Source of the DNA: Octopus vulgaris
Lineage: Eukaryota
Assembly: GCA_951406725.2 (NCBI GenBank)
Contig: OX597831.1
Span: forward strand, 18,290,001 to 18,354,000
Length of the DNA: 64,000 nt
Direction of reading: 5' to 3'
The notes below the pieces were generated by a model. That model was not told the origin of the DNA and searched no databases. It was given only the letters and a program-made list of their open reading frames with translations. The position numbers and the translations under genes were made by a program. This document shows positions 28,451 through 55,251 of the stretch, piece by piece. The stretch's first letter is position 1, and each line of letters starts with the position of its first letter.

Positions 28451-29384
28451 ATAAAGAGTATTTCGCAATAATCTATTGATTTCGTTATTTTGTAATTATG
28501 GCAAAATGCAATTTTTTTCTTTGGAAAAGTGCTACTTCCTATTTGTTTCTATATGGAAATTTAAGGAAATGATTAATATCCCCTTCATACCGTGATTGTT
28601 TGAACCGGACAACATTGACGTACAAGAAACCAACGCTTCGTTACGTTTCAAAGATAAATTCAGCGCTGAGCTGCTGAAGCGGGATTATAGTTATAGCAAA
28701 CATTCTGCTCAGTTCCATAAGCTTGCTTAAAAATTTATGCATGCCTCTTAGGTTTGCCAATATGGGCATTTTGAAGCATGCGCCGGAATAGTGTGGGAGT
28801 ATTATAGGCATATCTTGAAAGGGATTCTTTGTGGTGAGAATGAATACAAGAAAGGCAAGTTGTCAAAGAAATATTGAATATTTCCAATTTCTAGTGATAT
28901 GTAAGGAGAAAATAGCAATCGCTACCAGAGGAGAATAGTCGGGCTGCACAGTGTAATGTATACCAGAGTCATGTCTAAGGAGTGTCACAAAAGAAGAAAT
29001 ACGAAAACCAGAAATATATATATGTAAGTATGTGTACATACATATATCAAATTTTATATAAATAAATGTATATATACACACATTCAATCATATATATGTA
29101 CATATATGTACATACATGCATATACATACATACACAACCTGCAAGGGTCAACTTGTTGACATATTACACTTTTAATTTCGCTCAGTATATTACGTTCAAT
29201 TGGGTCGCGTTTGTGAGAAAAACAACACCGTGAGGCAATTTACTCGGCAAGAACTTTCCAACCGATTTGCCGTATTGCGTGTCATAGGCGCCAATAATAA
29301 AATATTTCAGAGTGTATGAGTGTCACATATTTTAGTGTGTATACATCTGTGATGTTGCTTTTTTCCCCGAAGCATGTACGGAAC

Positions 29385-29575
29385 GCGATAATGAAACATC
29401 CTGTCACATCATGGTGTTTGGAGTGATCACTAGTGATGGTGACGTTATACTTCCATTCATCTTCCCACATGGTCACAGACACACCAAAGAGGCCTACACC
29501 AAGTGCATGAGGCAGGTTGTGTTACCCCGAGTTAAGAGGATGGCTGCTGGAAGAACCTGTATCTGGCAATAGGAA
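29385..29575 (+). mobile_element. Tc1/mariner DDE transposase fragment
   Basis: KHPV../MVFGVITSDGDVILPFIFPHG...EAYTKCMRQVVLPRVKRMAAGRTCIWQ*. Confidence 0.75.
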
Positions 29576-29598
29576 TTTGTATTCTATTCTCTTTACAG

Positions 29599-29659
29599 CT
29601 GAATTTTAAAGTCTGATTTCTTTGCTGCATGTGATGTTTTATAACTAATGGAAAATTAA
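29599..29659 (+). pseudogene. Degenerate orphan terminal exon of the 6-Cys family
   Basis: Same ctctttacag acceptor and TAAATAAA end; 61 nt with a +1 frameshift and an internal stop (LNFKSDFFAACDVL*LMEN* after removing one A). Confidence 0.7.
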
Positions 29660-30087
29660 ATAAAGGTCATTCTACAATAATGGTCTGACAGCCGCCTCAT
29701 TTTATAGTAATAATTGATGTATTAGAAAAGTATGTCTGCAAAATTGTCAAAATTGTCATAATGTGGACAAAATTAACGACCCGGGGTCACTTTTTAATTG
29801 TTCCACACTAACAAACTTTCAAGACCCCCGCATGGATAGAATATTATGTTTAAATTTATACTTCAGAAATAACGTTTTATGGCCAATATTCAAATTATAG
29901 GACTGGTGGTTTGAAATAGGTGTTAGAAATGTAAAAATAGTAACACACATGGTGCGTAAGTGCGCCGATACACAGAGGTACACACACGCAGAGACACAAG
30001 CACCTAAGTATGTGTGTATGTATATGCATATATATGTGTGTACTTGTATGTTTAACAGATATATATATATATTCATCATCATTATCA

Positions 30088-31110
30088 TCATTGTTCGACC
30101 GTAGTCGAGACAATGGAATTTACCATGCTACGCCGGACTTCACGGTCCATCATGGCATTACGGAGGTCCTGTTGCTGGATGCCTGTATCCCTGGCGATTA
30201 CATCAGGGTAGGAGAGTGTGCGCCCACTGGTATTGCAAGTAGATGGCTTCCAGAGGAGAAGAGTAGAAATTACTTCTTTTTCAGCTCTACAACAATGTCC
30301 AGCAAACTGGACTCTCCTACCTTTCACAAGACATGACACAGGTAGTAGTTTCCCATATATTTGCATGTTGGTTGGATGGCACTTCCACGAGAGATTTTGA
30401 GCTCTCATAAGGAGGCGAGTGTAGGTTCCATCCAACCGCCTCTCAAGCTTCTTTGATAACGTCTAGGTTTCTGAGGCATATAGTAGAATTGGTTCGACTA
30501 TGGCTTTGAAGATTTCAAGTTTGAAGTCTCTACTTAGATTTGATGACCAGATCTTATGAATGTCATTACAGGCTGACCAGGCCATACCCTTTCTAGTTAG
30601 AAAGTTTTTTCCAGATGATGATATGTATGACCCAAGATATTTATAATCAGAAACCATATTTAAGGGCGCATTGTTGAGAGTATGGATGATGCAAGAGTAT
30701 GGATGATCACTGTTGGACAGGCACTTGTTTATGTATTCAGTTTTGGCCTCATTGAGGTAAAGACCTACACAATTTGAGGCTTGTTCAAGAGATTGTAAAA
30801 TAGACTGGGCATTGGAGAGAGAATCACTGATAAGAGTGATGTTGTCAGCAAAGTCAGTGTCTGTCAAGCATTCAGCTGGGTGTCTGGAACTTCTTCTTTG
30901 TTTTATTTCAAAGCTCGTGCCAGAGATGGTATCAACTGACATACGTAGCACATAATCAACAACAATGATGAAAAGAAATGGGGCGAGTGTGTCTCCCTGC
31001 AGTATTCCGGCTTTGATTGAGAAAGATGATGTTTCTCCGTGAGGGGTTAAGATGGTTGAACACGTATCTTTGTAGAGGACCTTGATGGCAGAAATGATTT
31101 TGTCTGGTCT
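30088..31110 (-). mobile_element. RTE-like LINE, 5'-truncated RT
   Basis: AGILQGDTLAPFLFIIVVDYVLR, DTDFADNITL, DYKYLGSYI, EPILLYASET, RVQFAGHCCR. Confidence 0.9.
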
Positions 31111-31273
31111 CACATAGAGATTAAGGATTTCAAACATATATATATATATATATTCATGTTTGCATGTATGTGTGTATGTATATATGTATGTATGTACAGT
31201 GTGAGTCAAACCTGCCTGCCAGATTATAATTATTATGGTTATTATTATCATTATTATCATTATTATTATCATT

Positions 31274-31308
<35 letters not shown>

Positions 31309-31529
31309 AGAGAAATGATATCGTTGGTGATACAACATTCTAATGTAGCTACATGCCATTAATTTGCGACTAAATGACATGTGATGCAGATTCACTCTCG
31401 AACGGAATTAGCATCCCAGTCTTTGTATCATAAATATTTATAGGGACATCTCCTAACGAAAGCCAGAACTGTGCCTTGTTACTGTGAATGCGAGAACGGA
31501 TCTTTAAGAAGATCCCTCACATATTTTGG

Positions 31530-32030
31530 CAGGGCTCTAAATAGCCGTGGTCCTTGAGTCACGAGCTAATGGAGTATATGTTTCTCATACTAGAACAGAT
31601 AACTAGTACATTTAGAATAATGTACAGATTAAATTTGGGTGGTTTTCTCACTCTTAATGCTATAGATTCTATTCCAATTCTTTTGGGAACTTCCATCATC
31701 ACGCCAGAGAGAAGAGTGAAAGCTCTTTCAGTCTCTCTAAGTAGTTCATATGTACCCCTGCTGCCGTCATGCTGGTGGGGCAATCATATATGATAATAGT
31801 AGTCCACACCGCTGAGTAGGAGTATCCATAGAACCAGCATAGTTTCTTCGTTTTTCTTGTTCTAATATTTCTCGGGATCCTTCCAGCCATTTGGTTGCAC
31901 ATTGACAACATTGTGGTGATATGTATGCGGAACGAGGCGCTGTTGCTCATATAAATTCCTAGGTAACGGAGTGTACTTGACTCCGGTATTGCCGCACTTT
32001 TAGGTCCAAAGTGTTGCTGTAGTGGCACGT
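31530..32030 (-). mobile_element. Old CR1-like LINE fragment
   Basis: LRYLGIYMSNSASFRIHI, MNYLERLKELSLFSL. Confidence 0.6.
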
Positions 32031-32827
32031 AAACACAGGCTAATTAAACGCGGAAGACTTGGAACTTTATACATACACAAACACATACATACATACATAC
32101 ATACATAGACCCACAAATACGTATATATATATATGAGTGAATATAGATACAGGAAAATAGATAGATGCTTAGTGCGTTTCACCATAGAAAGGAGAGAAAA
32201 GACATCTACGTGTTTTTAAGCAAGCAGCGGCCATTTTTATCTACCATAAAATCATTTCAGCGCCAAATTTCGAGAACGTAAACGCAACGCCGATTGCTCG
32301 TGATTATAGTGGGTAAGCACTGACCCCGCACACACAATTATAGCCATTGTTCAGAAATCTTTCGTCACACGTCTGTGCCTTCTTCAGCGACACTTTTCGT
32401 TTTCTTATCCATTTAGTCTTTTTCTGTTCGTCTAAGATGTGTATCCTTATTGCACATGCGTTTGTGCCCTAGTTTGTTTGTGTGTTTGTATGTTTGTGTG
32501 TGTGTGTGCCATACATTTTAGCAGCAGTGTTACCTTCTTCTGAGCCACATCTGCTCACCCTATTGTGCTGCTGCTGTTGTATAGCCGGAAAAATTATGGT
32601 AAAAATCCTGTATTCCTCTGTACATGTGCGTTGCCATTGAGGTAGGTTTTGTTGCTGCTATTGCCATCAGCTGCTGCTAAACGTGTGAATAGTGTCGTTG
32701 ACGTTGTTATGACCATCCATGAAGTTTTATGTGTGTGTGTGTATGTGTTCGATTCGTATGTATCCATGCCCTGTATATAGTTTTATTCATTTCATCTATC
32801 CCTATCTTTCATTTATCGCAGGTATGT

Positions 32828-32907
<80 letters not shown>

Positions 32908-34894
32908 GATACATATATATGTATGTATGTATGAATTTATTTATTTTTCTTATGCATCAATCTCAATTTCTCGCAAGTATCACGTGTTATTGCATACGTG
33001 TCTCTGACTTTAAAGATCTGCAACCTGACTGTGCTGTAATCCTTGGAAACAGATGGAAGATTGAGAGTTAAAATATGAATTATCCTTATAATTTTATTGA
33101 CGAGAAATACGTGAAATACTGGAATAAATTCCATCAACTAACAACTCTGCCCATTGACGCTGGACGCAAAACATGAGAGAGGGAAGTGATAACAGCAGTT
33201 TGTATTGAGACATGTTTGAGTGGAGTTGAAAGATTGCTGGGGGATGTCGAAGAGAAATCACAATGTTGGCGATACGACATTCTATTGCAATGTTTGCGAT
33301 AAAGTGAAATCCGATGACGATTCATCCCCGAACTGAAAAGGGTCCGCAGCTTTTGTATAATGAATGGTTATGTCAACAACTCCAAGCGAAAGACAGAGGT
33401 TCCATTGTTCACTACATAAAAAAAGGATTAAGGAAAAGATGTTATTTAGATATATACATTTTCTTTAGTTGGTTACACTATTTTACGCTTCTATATATAT
33501 TAAATATTCAAAGTTCATCAAGTTCTTTATTTAAAATATTAATCATAATTCTTTCGATAATATGAATATGATTACAATATTTTCCGTTTGGTCTACGTTC
33601 ATTTTCAAATTGTTGGAGTTGCTCTCTTCATAAGGATGTATAATGTCTGTAAACCTCGGAGCCGGTAAAATACACCTGCATTACCTAAATCCGGTCCTCT
33701 GCCATTCTATAGTTCCAAGAAATCAAGCTACGACTTACGTCTCACTTTTGCATGCGAATAGTATCTGAATGTTCTGGTACCGTTGCTTAGTTTGCTCGAC
33801 AAAACTGAGATGTAAACAACAGCTGCTTCGATTAGCTGTTACGAATCCTCCACGAGACAGATGCACTTCAATAACCACTAACTAATGACACACACTATAT
33901 CCTGACGCACCATCTTTCTATTTTATTTTCGTTATTAACCGTAATCGCTACTCACCCCATAACTAGGATGGGGCCACGAAATATACGATGAAAAATATCT
34001 AGATTTGCTCGTGGTCAATGAATTTCTAATAAAAATGTGAAAGTGATTTATCAATTCAAAAGTCAAGAATCCACAAAATAATCATACTAAGAGACGGACA
34101 TGAAAACCGATTCTAGTAAGATTGCAAATCTGCCAAACTTCGATGGGAAATTATAGGATAATAATGCAAATCTAAACCCTCTAAATTCATTAACTATAGA
34201 GTGGTGAAATCCAGTGTTATTCCTCGGCACCGAATTTTAAACAAAGAAATCAAAGATGATTTATCCATACAAAACTCAATAGCCACTAACTAATCATACC
34301 TTTTCACATGGTTCCGCTAAAAACTTGCCTGTTTATCTCCATCGTAATCTCGAAAAGTATCGTGGCCATTGGTTCATCCATTTCACCGTGAAATTTGGAC
34401 AGACAGACAGACTGAAATGACATCCATTATAGTAAGATTTCATACGAAACATACTTTGTATAAAAACTAAGATTTATTTTGGCAATAAAATCATTTATTG
34501 CTATTTCAAAAACAACGGAAAGCGCTGGATACCAAAGTGAACAAAGGCCTCTGGTATTTACATGCGTCATATGCATTGTTACAAATCTAACATCAGAATT
34601 CAATACAACTATTGCACAAATGGTAAAATGTGAAATCATACAAAACACAAGCAAGCTATGGCCCAATGCGTTTTGGCAGGAGAGGCAAGGTTGCAAAATA
34701 ACATTCTGAAAAATCCCACACATAAACGTTTCCATAGAGAATGCATGTAAGCAACGTATATTTTGGTGCCAAGCCATAAATTTCTTCAATACTACATAAT
34801 ATATTTCTAATCCCCAGTTTTAATACACACCGCAGTTATTCCAAATGATGCAAAAAAATTCCATGATTAATTTGGTCATGATGTGAAAGTGCCT

Positions 34895-35345
34895 CAACAA
34901 CAGTAAGTACTTTCGAATCAGCACCGGGTGGAAAATTGGTACGTGAACATTGTAGATGAAAATTCTGAAGAAACTTTATGTGTGCGTGCATGTATCTTTT
35001 TTGTGCATATGTATCTGTATATGCAAGTGTATTTGTGCATGTTTTATGAGGGGTGCCAACGCAGGAGGTCTCCATACGTGGTTATTAATTTCTTTCAAAG
35101 TCGTTTGAAGTTACATGTTGGGAAACACAAACATCTATAAAATACTTTTTTCCCCCATTCTTCATCCTTGTAAGTGAATGAACTGTTGTCACAATAGATC
35201 ATTACAATATTTCAACCTATCGAATATGCAGTCAACAACGTCTTACAAATTACAACGCCTTACAATATGCTACAGTGTTTAAATCAACAGCACATAGAGA
35301 AGAGTGTTACATCCTGACCATTGAAGTGTGGGAGAGAAAATCAAG
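34895..35345 (+). promoter_or_regulatory. Conserved upstream (promoter/5'UTR) block of the 6-Cys genes
   Basis: Alignable with 54818-55250 and 57255-57515, e.g. gaagtta..catgttgggaaacacaaacatctataa...cattcttcatc.ttgtaagt...atttcaacctat.gaatatgcagt.aacaacgtc. Confidence 0.6.
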
Positions 35346-46898
<11,553 letters not shown>

Positions 46899-48913
46899 AG
46901 AAAAGGAATGTTGAATCAGGATCTGCAATTTTCTTTCATGTTATAACCTTATATGACTGAAATATCTCACGATAAACGAATGATTTAAAGAAGACGAGCT
47001 ATTTGTGTGACACAATTTTAAATACAATTTAGGTCTTCAGATTAGAAATTTTGCTATCATTATATTTCAGTCAGGAATTAATATATATAATCAATTAATA
47101 AATATAATTAATAATTTTGACTTTGGGTACATGTCTATTGGTTTGCCAATTAAAGCACGTTTCCTGTTTCAGCTACTAAGTGTCATCCACCGTTCCGGCA
47201 TAATTTTCACTGGACCTGCATCAGGAATTCCGCAGGTTACGTTTAGCATACAATTGCTGAGAGAAACGTAAAATGGGTTTGGTACAAATCTTTATTCAAT
47301 GACCCATTCTCCAGCTGACCCTTACGGACAGGATATTGTGCATCAGGTTGTGTTGCGTCAAGCAGTGCATTCTGTATCACCTCATGTGTTCAGTATAAAA
47401 GATATCCTACGATATATTCTGATTTTCTCCGGGCATGTTATATTCTACAGTTATATGTGTGCACACTGACGGAGAGTAGAATAATTCTGGGGTTTTAACC
47501 TACAAATTCATCTGGCTATATATAACATAAAAATAGTAAAATATAGAATGCCAAAGGAAACGAATTGTATAATACATGCAAGGATGGGTATATATTCCTT
47601 GACATACTCATATATATATATAGACGTACAGACACTCACACACACCTCAATCGTGCCGCTAAGACGGGAAAGCCATTTCTTGTGGTCATATATAATGAAG
47701 ATGGTCAAAGGTTTCCGCGCTTCCTAGCAAATTGTATTGTCACGGATGGCTGGACAGACACGTTAGTGTGTAGTTCGTCAGACACGCTCACACATACAGA
47801 AATTTTTGCGTATATAAATAGTCGCCGCACGTACATATATTTGATGGTTGGTTGACACACACCAGTCTCACAAATATCCACAATCACACATACGCAAGTA
47901 TTTGCATATATACATAGACGCAAACATATGCACATTGTTGACGGTGGATTAACACACGGCAAACTCACAATTGTTTTCATACATGCACATACAGACACAT
48001 GTACATATACATATCTCCATATAGAGCCGCGTATATAATATATCTATATGTACATTCACTAATTCATAAGCATATATTTCCATGCATCTATATATCCCTT
48101 TACTAATGGGCATCTATGTGTAAAAGTCTATCTTCCAGTTGTGTAGCCACACCTTATTAAGTGTACCTCAATATTTACCCTTCGACACTCGCAACTGAAC
48201 AAACATATTAATACTTGCATGTACATAACTGAATTTTTGAATTAACATAGATCAGTGACACACAAACACACTCCCATGGTTACAAATATAAACAGACAAT
48301 AATTACTATTTATTTTGTAGAAAATGGTATCATATGGATTGTGCATACATCTGAGCGAACAGTCTACTATTGTACTCAAGACATTCTACAATAATCTTGA
48401 AATATATTGTATAAGATAAAACTATATGAATAGTTACTAGGTCTTGCTTGTGTAGGTAGTCTAGGATTGTATGATCTGTCCATATAAGTTACAGGGGTAC
48501 AAGTTTCGCAGGCGTGTAGTTTGGTATATCTCCGCGTCGCATCAAAATCAATTTACAAGGAAACAATCGCATATATTCAGAGTGTATAGTCAATATTAAT
48601 GTTCATTTGAAGGGAATGAACTACGGATTTATCCTACACGTAGTCATTGACCCACATACTACAGAACAGTACAACATGCCCGGCAGAACCCGGTATATGC
48701 CGTAGGTTATTATTTATATTGAGCACCTGAGGTGACACAGGATGAAACTCTTTGCGCAACACAACTAAATGCACAATATACTACCCGTACGGAAGCGTTG
48801 CAAGTGAAGGATGGATCCAAGCGATCGACAAGCTGAATAGAGATTCGTACCAAATCCATTCTGAGATTCACTCGTGAATTCAATATACACATATGCATAC
48901 ATACATACATACA

Positions 48914-48982
<69 letters not shown>

Positions 48983-50481
48983 CTCCTGCCTAGTTTGTCT
49001 GACTTCATCCTATTATATCTGTTGTGACTTTATGTATGTCTCCCTTTCCTCAATCATGTACCCCCTACAAACTATAAAATCATATATAAAATAACACATA
49101 TAACATTATAACTCTTCCGTCTGAATATCTTTAACTGCCCTCAATATTACCATAGATATCACCTCCACTTTTTGGGTTACCTTTATCTTTTAGATACCTC
49201 TAATTTTAAACCCCCGTCTCTCTGTATGTAGGTTATATGTATTTCTTATTATTTTCTATCAATTCTTATTATTTCGTTTTTTTTTCTTATTTTCATGTCC
49301 TGTTTTCCTTGTTTTTAAATAGATACTCTTCAGTTACTTTAGTAAACGCATGCTATTTATAATATATCCATACAAACATATTAATATAGCGTGTATATCT
49401 TTCCAGTTATTCCATAAGAAAATGCCTTGAGCCGTTTCCATAGAAACCACATCATAAATACGTAAATACAGAAGTGAATATTAAACTAATTCTATGCAGT
49501 CTTAATTTTTAATGTTTATAAGTGATATATACACACATTCTACCTGTTTTTGGTTATGAAATCATGCTTGAAATTCTTAAATTAATTTTTATACAACATT
49601 GTTTATAAAGAATCCCCCATAATGCCCCTAAATATAATTTCCTCTGTATTAATATCTTAGGTTTATTAGCATCTCGCCCCTTTGACAGGAAACTATCACA
49701 ACGATTTAAAGTGTTCGCCTATCCTGCATCTTTTTATAGACACTTATTTATATCCAACTGACTACTCGTAATGCCTGATTTCCTTCCTGGGGAAAAAGGG
49801 GTACTTATGATAATATATTTATAACTATACCTAGCCAAGAGATGTCAACCCACTCTTGTCCGATATTCAAGATAGACACAGTCTATTATAATCCCTATTA
49901 TCCCACTATGATCCCACTATGGATTATTAGGAGTTGTAATCTACTGTTAATTCTAATAGTGACAACATGAATTCATTCTATCTTTTTCCAGTTAAAATAT
50001 TAGAGAAAATTATATTAATGTTCTACTTGTTAAAATTCCGTTTATTTTTTAATGCACCGTATTGAAATTGATGTAATAAGTGCATTGTTCAATTAAATGG
50101 AGCCGCTTGGAACGGTCGTAGTGCATCACTATGGGATATCCTGTTTCTCATTGTGAATTTTGATTATATATATACATAGCATTAGGAATATGCAACCTTT
50201 GAAACATATGTCGAAAATAAAGGAATATTGTTAATTCGTCGTTCAACTCCATTCTTTCATATATATATATATATTTAAATAGGTGATTGAATTATCCTAT
50301 GTTTATCGTCAGCATGGAAAATTCGTTGAACCGAAACCTGGGTAGCAAATTCACGTCAGAAACACGGTTGAAGCGACCTGTCCAAGGGTAGAAACTCCGG
50401 GTTCATGTGCAGAAATGTGTGTGTTGTATATGAATAACTGAAAGAATGGAGTCGAAAGAAGATGTTAACTGAATTCCTTTA

Positions 50482-50563
50482 CTCTCGACATATGTTTCGA
50501 AGACAACATGTTCTCATTCCAAAGGAATAAAGGGTGCATTATGCAATATTTTCATCAGGAAAG
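50482..50563 (-). ncRNA. Putative type I hammerhead ribozyme (Penelope/retrozyme type), left arm of the palindrome
   Basis: Minus strand: ctttc CTGATGA [long stem II] GAAAC ATAT GTC gagag; stem I ctttc/gagag, short stem III with palindromic ATAT loop, GUC cleavage triplet. Confidence 0.6.
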
Positions 50564-50649
50564 AAAGGGACCCTCTCTCGACAACAAGACAAACAAACAT
50601 TTCGATGACTGTCTACATGGTAAATATGTTGTCGAGAGAGGTTCCCTTT

Positions 50650-50731
50650 CTTTCCTGATGAGAATATTGCATAATGCACCCTTTATTCCTTTGGAATGAA
50701 AACATGTTGTCGTCGAAACCTATGTCGAGAG
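50650..50731 (+). ncRNA. Putative type I hammerhead ribozyme, right arm of the palindrome
   Basis: ctttc CTGATGA gaatattg...gtcgtc GAAAC CTAT GTC gagag. Confidence 0.55.
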
Positions 50732-50793
50732 TAAAGGAATTTATTTAACATCTTCGTTCGACTGCATTCTTTCATTTATTTATATGTATACAT

Positions 50794-50855
<62 letters not shown>

Positions 50856-50873
50856 ATGAGCTTTGGTAAAGTA

Positions 50874-52445
<1,572 letters not shown>

Positions 52446-52559
52446 GGCTTAGATCGCAGCTGTCTTCCTTTTCGTGTTTGATGCGTCCCCATTTTTATAG
52501 GGAGTCCGTGGCGCAAATAAGAGAGCAAGAGTTATCCGACCAGGGAAGAGAAATACGAG

Positions 52560-53400
52560 TAATATGTTGTTTACTAGTCATGGAAATGGACGTGATAAAA
52601 AGACAAGTAGCAAATCAGAAATAACTACTTTATGAAAGAGATGGATAATTACACGTAGCAATGGAAACAGATTGCCGAGATGACATACTGCAAAGTGTAA
52701 ATGTATATGCATTCTCAGCAAATGCAGCAGAATTAATTGGAGGAGCTATATCTCAAGAAAACGATGATTACCAACCAGAAATAGTGAGGAGTCTGTGCCG
52801 ATGTATTCGAGAAGCCAAGAAGTAAACTCCCTTGAAACTGACATATATTGTTCGACATTCATTTATCGCCGCAAGCTCAAAGCTAAAACGGCAAAGATAC
52901 ATAAAGTCCTCGGGAGAAATATAAGTGAAACTAACAAGATTATTTGGCTGCAGCTATGGTTGCTGCGGAGAGAGGTTGATAGAAAAAAAGGAAAATAAAC
53001 AGAAAGTAAAGCACCATCCTGCCGTAAACGATTTTGTGAAAAATAAACAAAGTTAACAAGTCTTTTAGAAGAAGTTAATAGATTAAGATGACGGGGATTG
53101 AGGAAGAAAAGCACGAGGATAATGCAGGAGAGAAGATATAGATTAAGGTATATTGGGTAGGATATGATATTGGAAGAATTGAAACAAAGAGTGGTATCAA
53201 TCAAAGCAAACCTGGGACGATATGTCAATAGAAAACCATAATTCAGGCAAAACAGATGGTTTGAAGCAAATCAGAAGAAACTCTTTCATGAAAGAGATGG
53301 ATAATTACACGTAGCAATGGAAACAGATGCCGAGGAAAGCAGGATAGATTCCAAGGTTTTCGGATGAAAATGCTGAGAGAGAACCATGGAAGGATAGCTC
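52560..53400 (+). mobile_element. R4/Dong-like LINE fragment upstream of the RT
   Basis: Reading across frameshifts gives ELKQRVVSIKANLGRYVNR...QNRWFEANQKKLF, an RLE-LINE pre-RT motif. Confidence 0.5.
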
Positions 53401-55251
53401 AACAGAAAGATGTGTATTGGGAGGAAGGTGTAGTGCCAAGCTGGATTACAAAGGTAACCGAGCGTCCTATGGCAAATGAAGGATAAGAGATGTCATAGCA
53501 TGACTGAAAGCTTAGGAAGCTCCTAAAAATATTTGTCTCATTGTGACAGTAAGGATTATCAGGTGGGTTCAAATCACTTGAAAAACATGTGGAAACTTGT
53601 GGTACCTGGTAGTACCCACATGTAAACTTAATAAGAATAAGACCGAAGTTAAGACAGACCAAAATAATAATCATAATTTCAATGGCGTTGGGCCAGGTTG
53701 TAACGACGGAGAGCAGCAAGGAATGGGAGCATCAGTTGTTATTTTTTAGTTGTTTTATTTTGTTCTTCTGGAGAGACTAACTAGCGAGAACGAGGCATTA
53801 GTGAGTTAATGCTGTATTCTTAATAATCAATGTAGAAAATAGTAATGCTTGAGTAGCAGAATAAGCCGCAATCCCATCAAACTTTCCTATTGAGAAGAGG
53901 GAAGAAAGGCAAGCAGGTCCCACTGAAGGGAAGATGTACTCATGTGAGTTAACAACATGTAACAGGAGTGTGAGGATAGATGTGGAATCTCTTATCCTTG
54001 AACTGAAATCTACCTAATGATGAATCCCGTTAGATATATTGTTCAAACTTATAAATGCAAACTCACAATGAGATTAAATATAATCAAGTTATCCCTGAAA
54101 TAACGAGAGGAGGGCAGTACAAATAGAGTTGCAGTGATTGACATTTCTCTAATGAAAGGTACATCACCTATCTGGTGACATCGGCTAAACCTTCAAATAT
54201 TCAAACTACTTTTATCACTAGATGTAGTAAAATGCTTTCATGGGATAAAAGAAACAAGGTACACAAAAACAATGGCACATAAACTTAACAGAATCTGGAG
54301 CGAGTATGTAATACTACGGGAGAACATTGGAGGCAAACAAACTCTCTGAGTCAGAGAAACATATAACTTGGCAATTTAGATGTTATACATTCTCGTTTCA
54401 ACATCTCGGGTGCAGATAGAGTTTCACAGTGTTAAAACTTAAGGAACTGCAAAGATACCGAAAATTCCCCTAGTGGTATGTGTATGCAGTGACCAAGAAG
54501 GATTTCTGCAAAACTTCGGTAATGTGGGCTTTATCAGATTGGAATCAAATTCCGACCCTTTGGCCCTTAAGTACACACATATGAAAATTGAAGGCCACGA
54601 ATTTTAATATATTTCCATGTAAATTCCCTCCAATCTTGTCATTTGATTTAAAACACCTAGGAACCTACATAAATAAATTGTGTATAAAATGGAAAGGTAA
54701 ATGCGTACGTTAAACTCTGCAGTTCTACAAGATCCGTGAACATAGCATAACACTAAATACGTGAGTGATATTATGCTTCATTCATTTGAAATGTCAGTGA
54801 CATTAACATATCTGAATCGCAGTAAGTACTTTCGAATCCGTGTCGATCGGAAAATGGATTCATGGAAATTGTAGATAAAGTTATGAATAAAAAATATGTG
54901 TGTGTGGGCGTGTGTATCTGTATGAGCGTGCGTATTTGTGCATTTTACGAGCGGTACCTACGCAGCATATCTGCAGAAGTGGAAATTAAAATGTTCTCAA
55001 CTTCAAATTCCTAACATACCTACGTTGGGAAACTCAAGCACCTATAATAATATTTCTTCAAATTCCTAACCATTGCAAACAAATGTGTGTCCGTCAGTAT
55101 AGACTATTACATATTATTTGAACATGTAGAATATGCAATTAACAACGTTACAAAATTGCATCGTGCAACAAAACGCAACGGATTATAAAACAACAGCATT
55201 TCTACGAATCCCTTATATTCTGAGCTTCAAAGGGAAGAAAAGAAAACCAAG

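Noticed and set aside
48321-48420. Open stretch after an acceptor-like site (KMVSYGLC...FYNNLEIYC)
   Set aside because: Cys spacing and splice donor do not match exon 3 of the family
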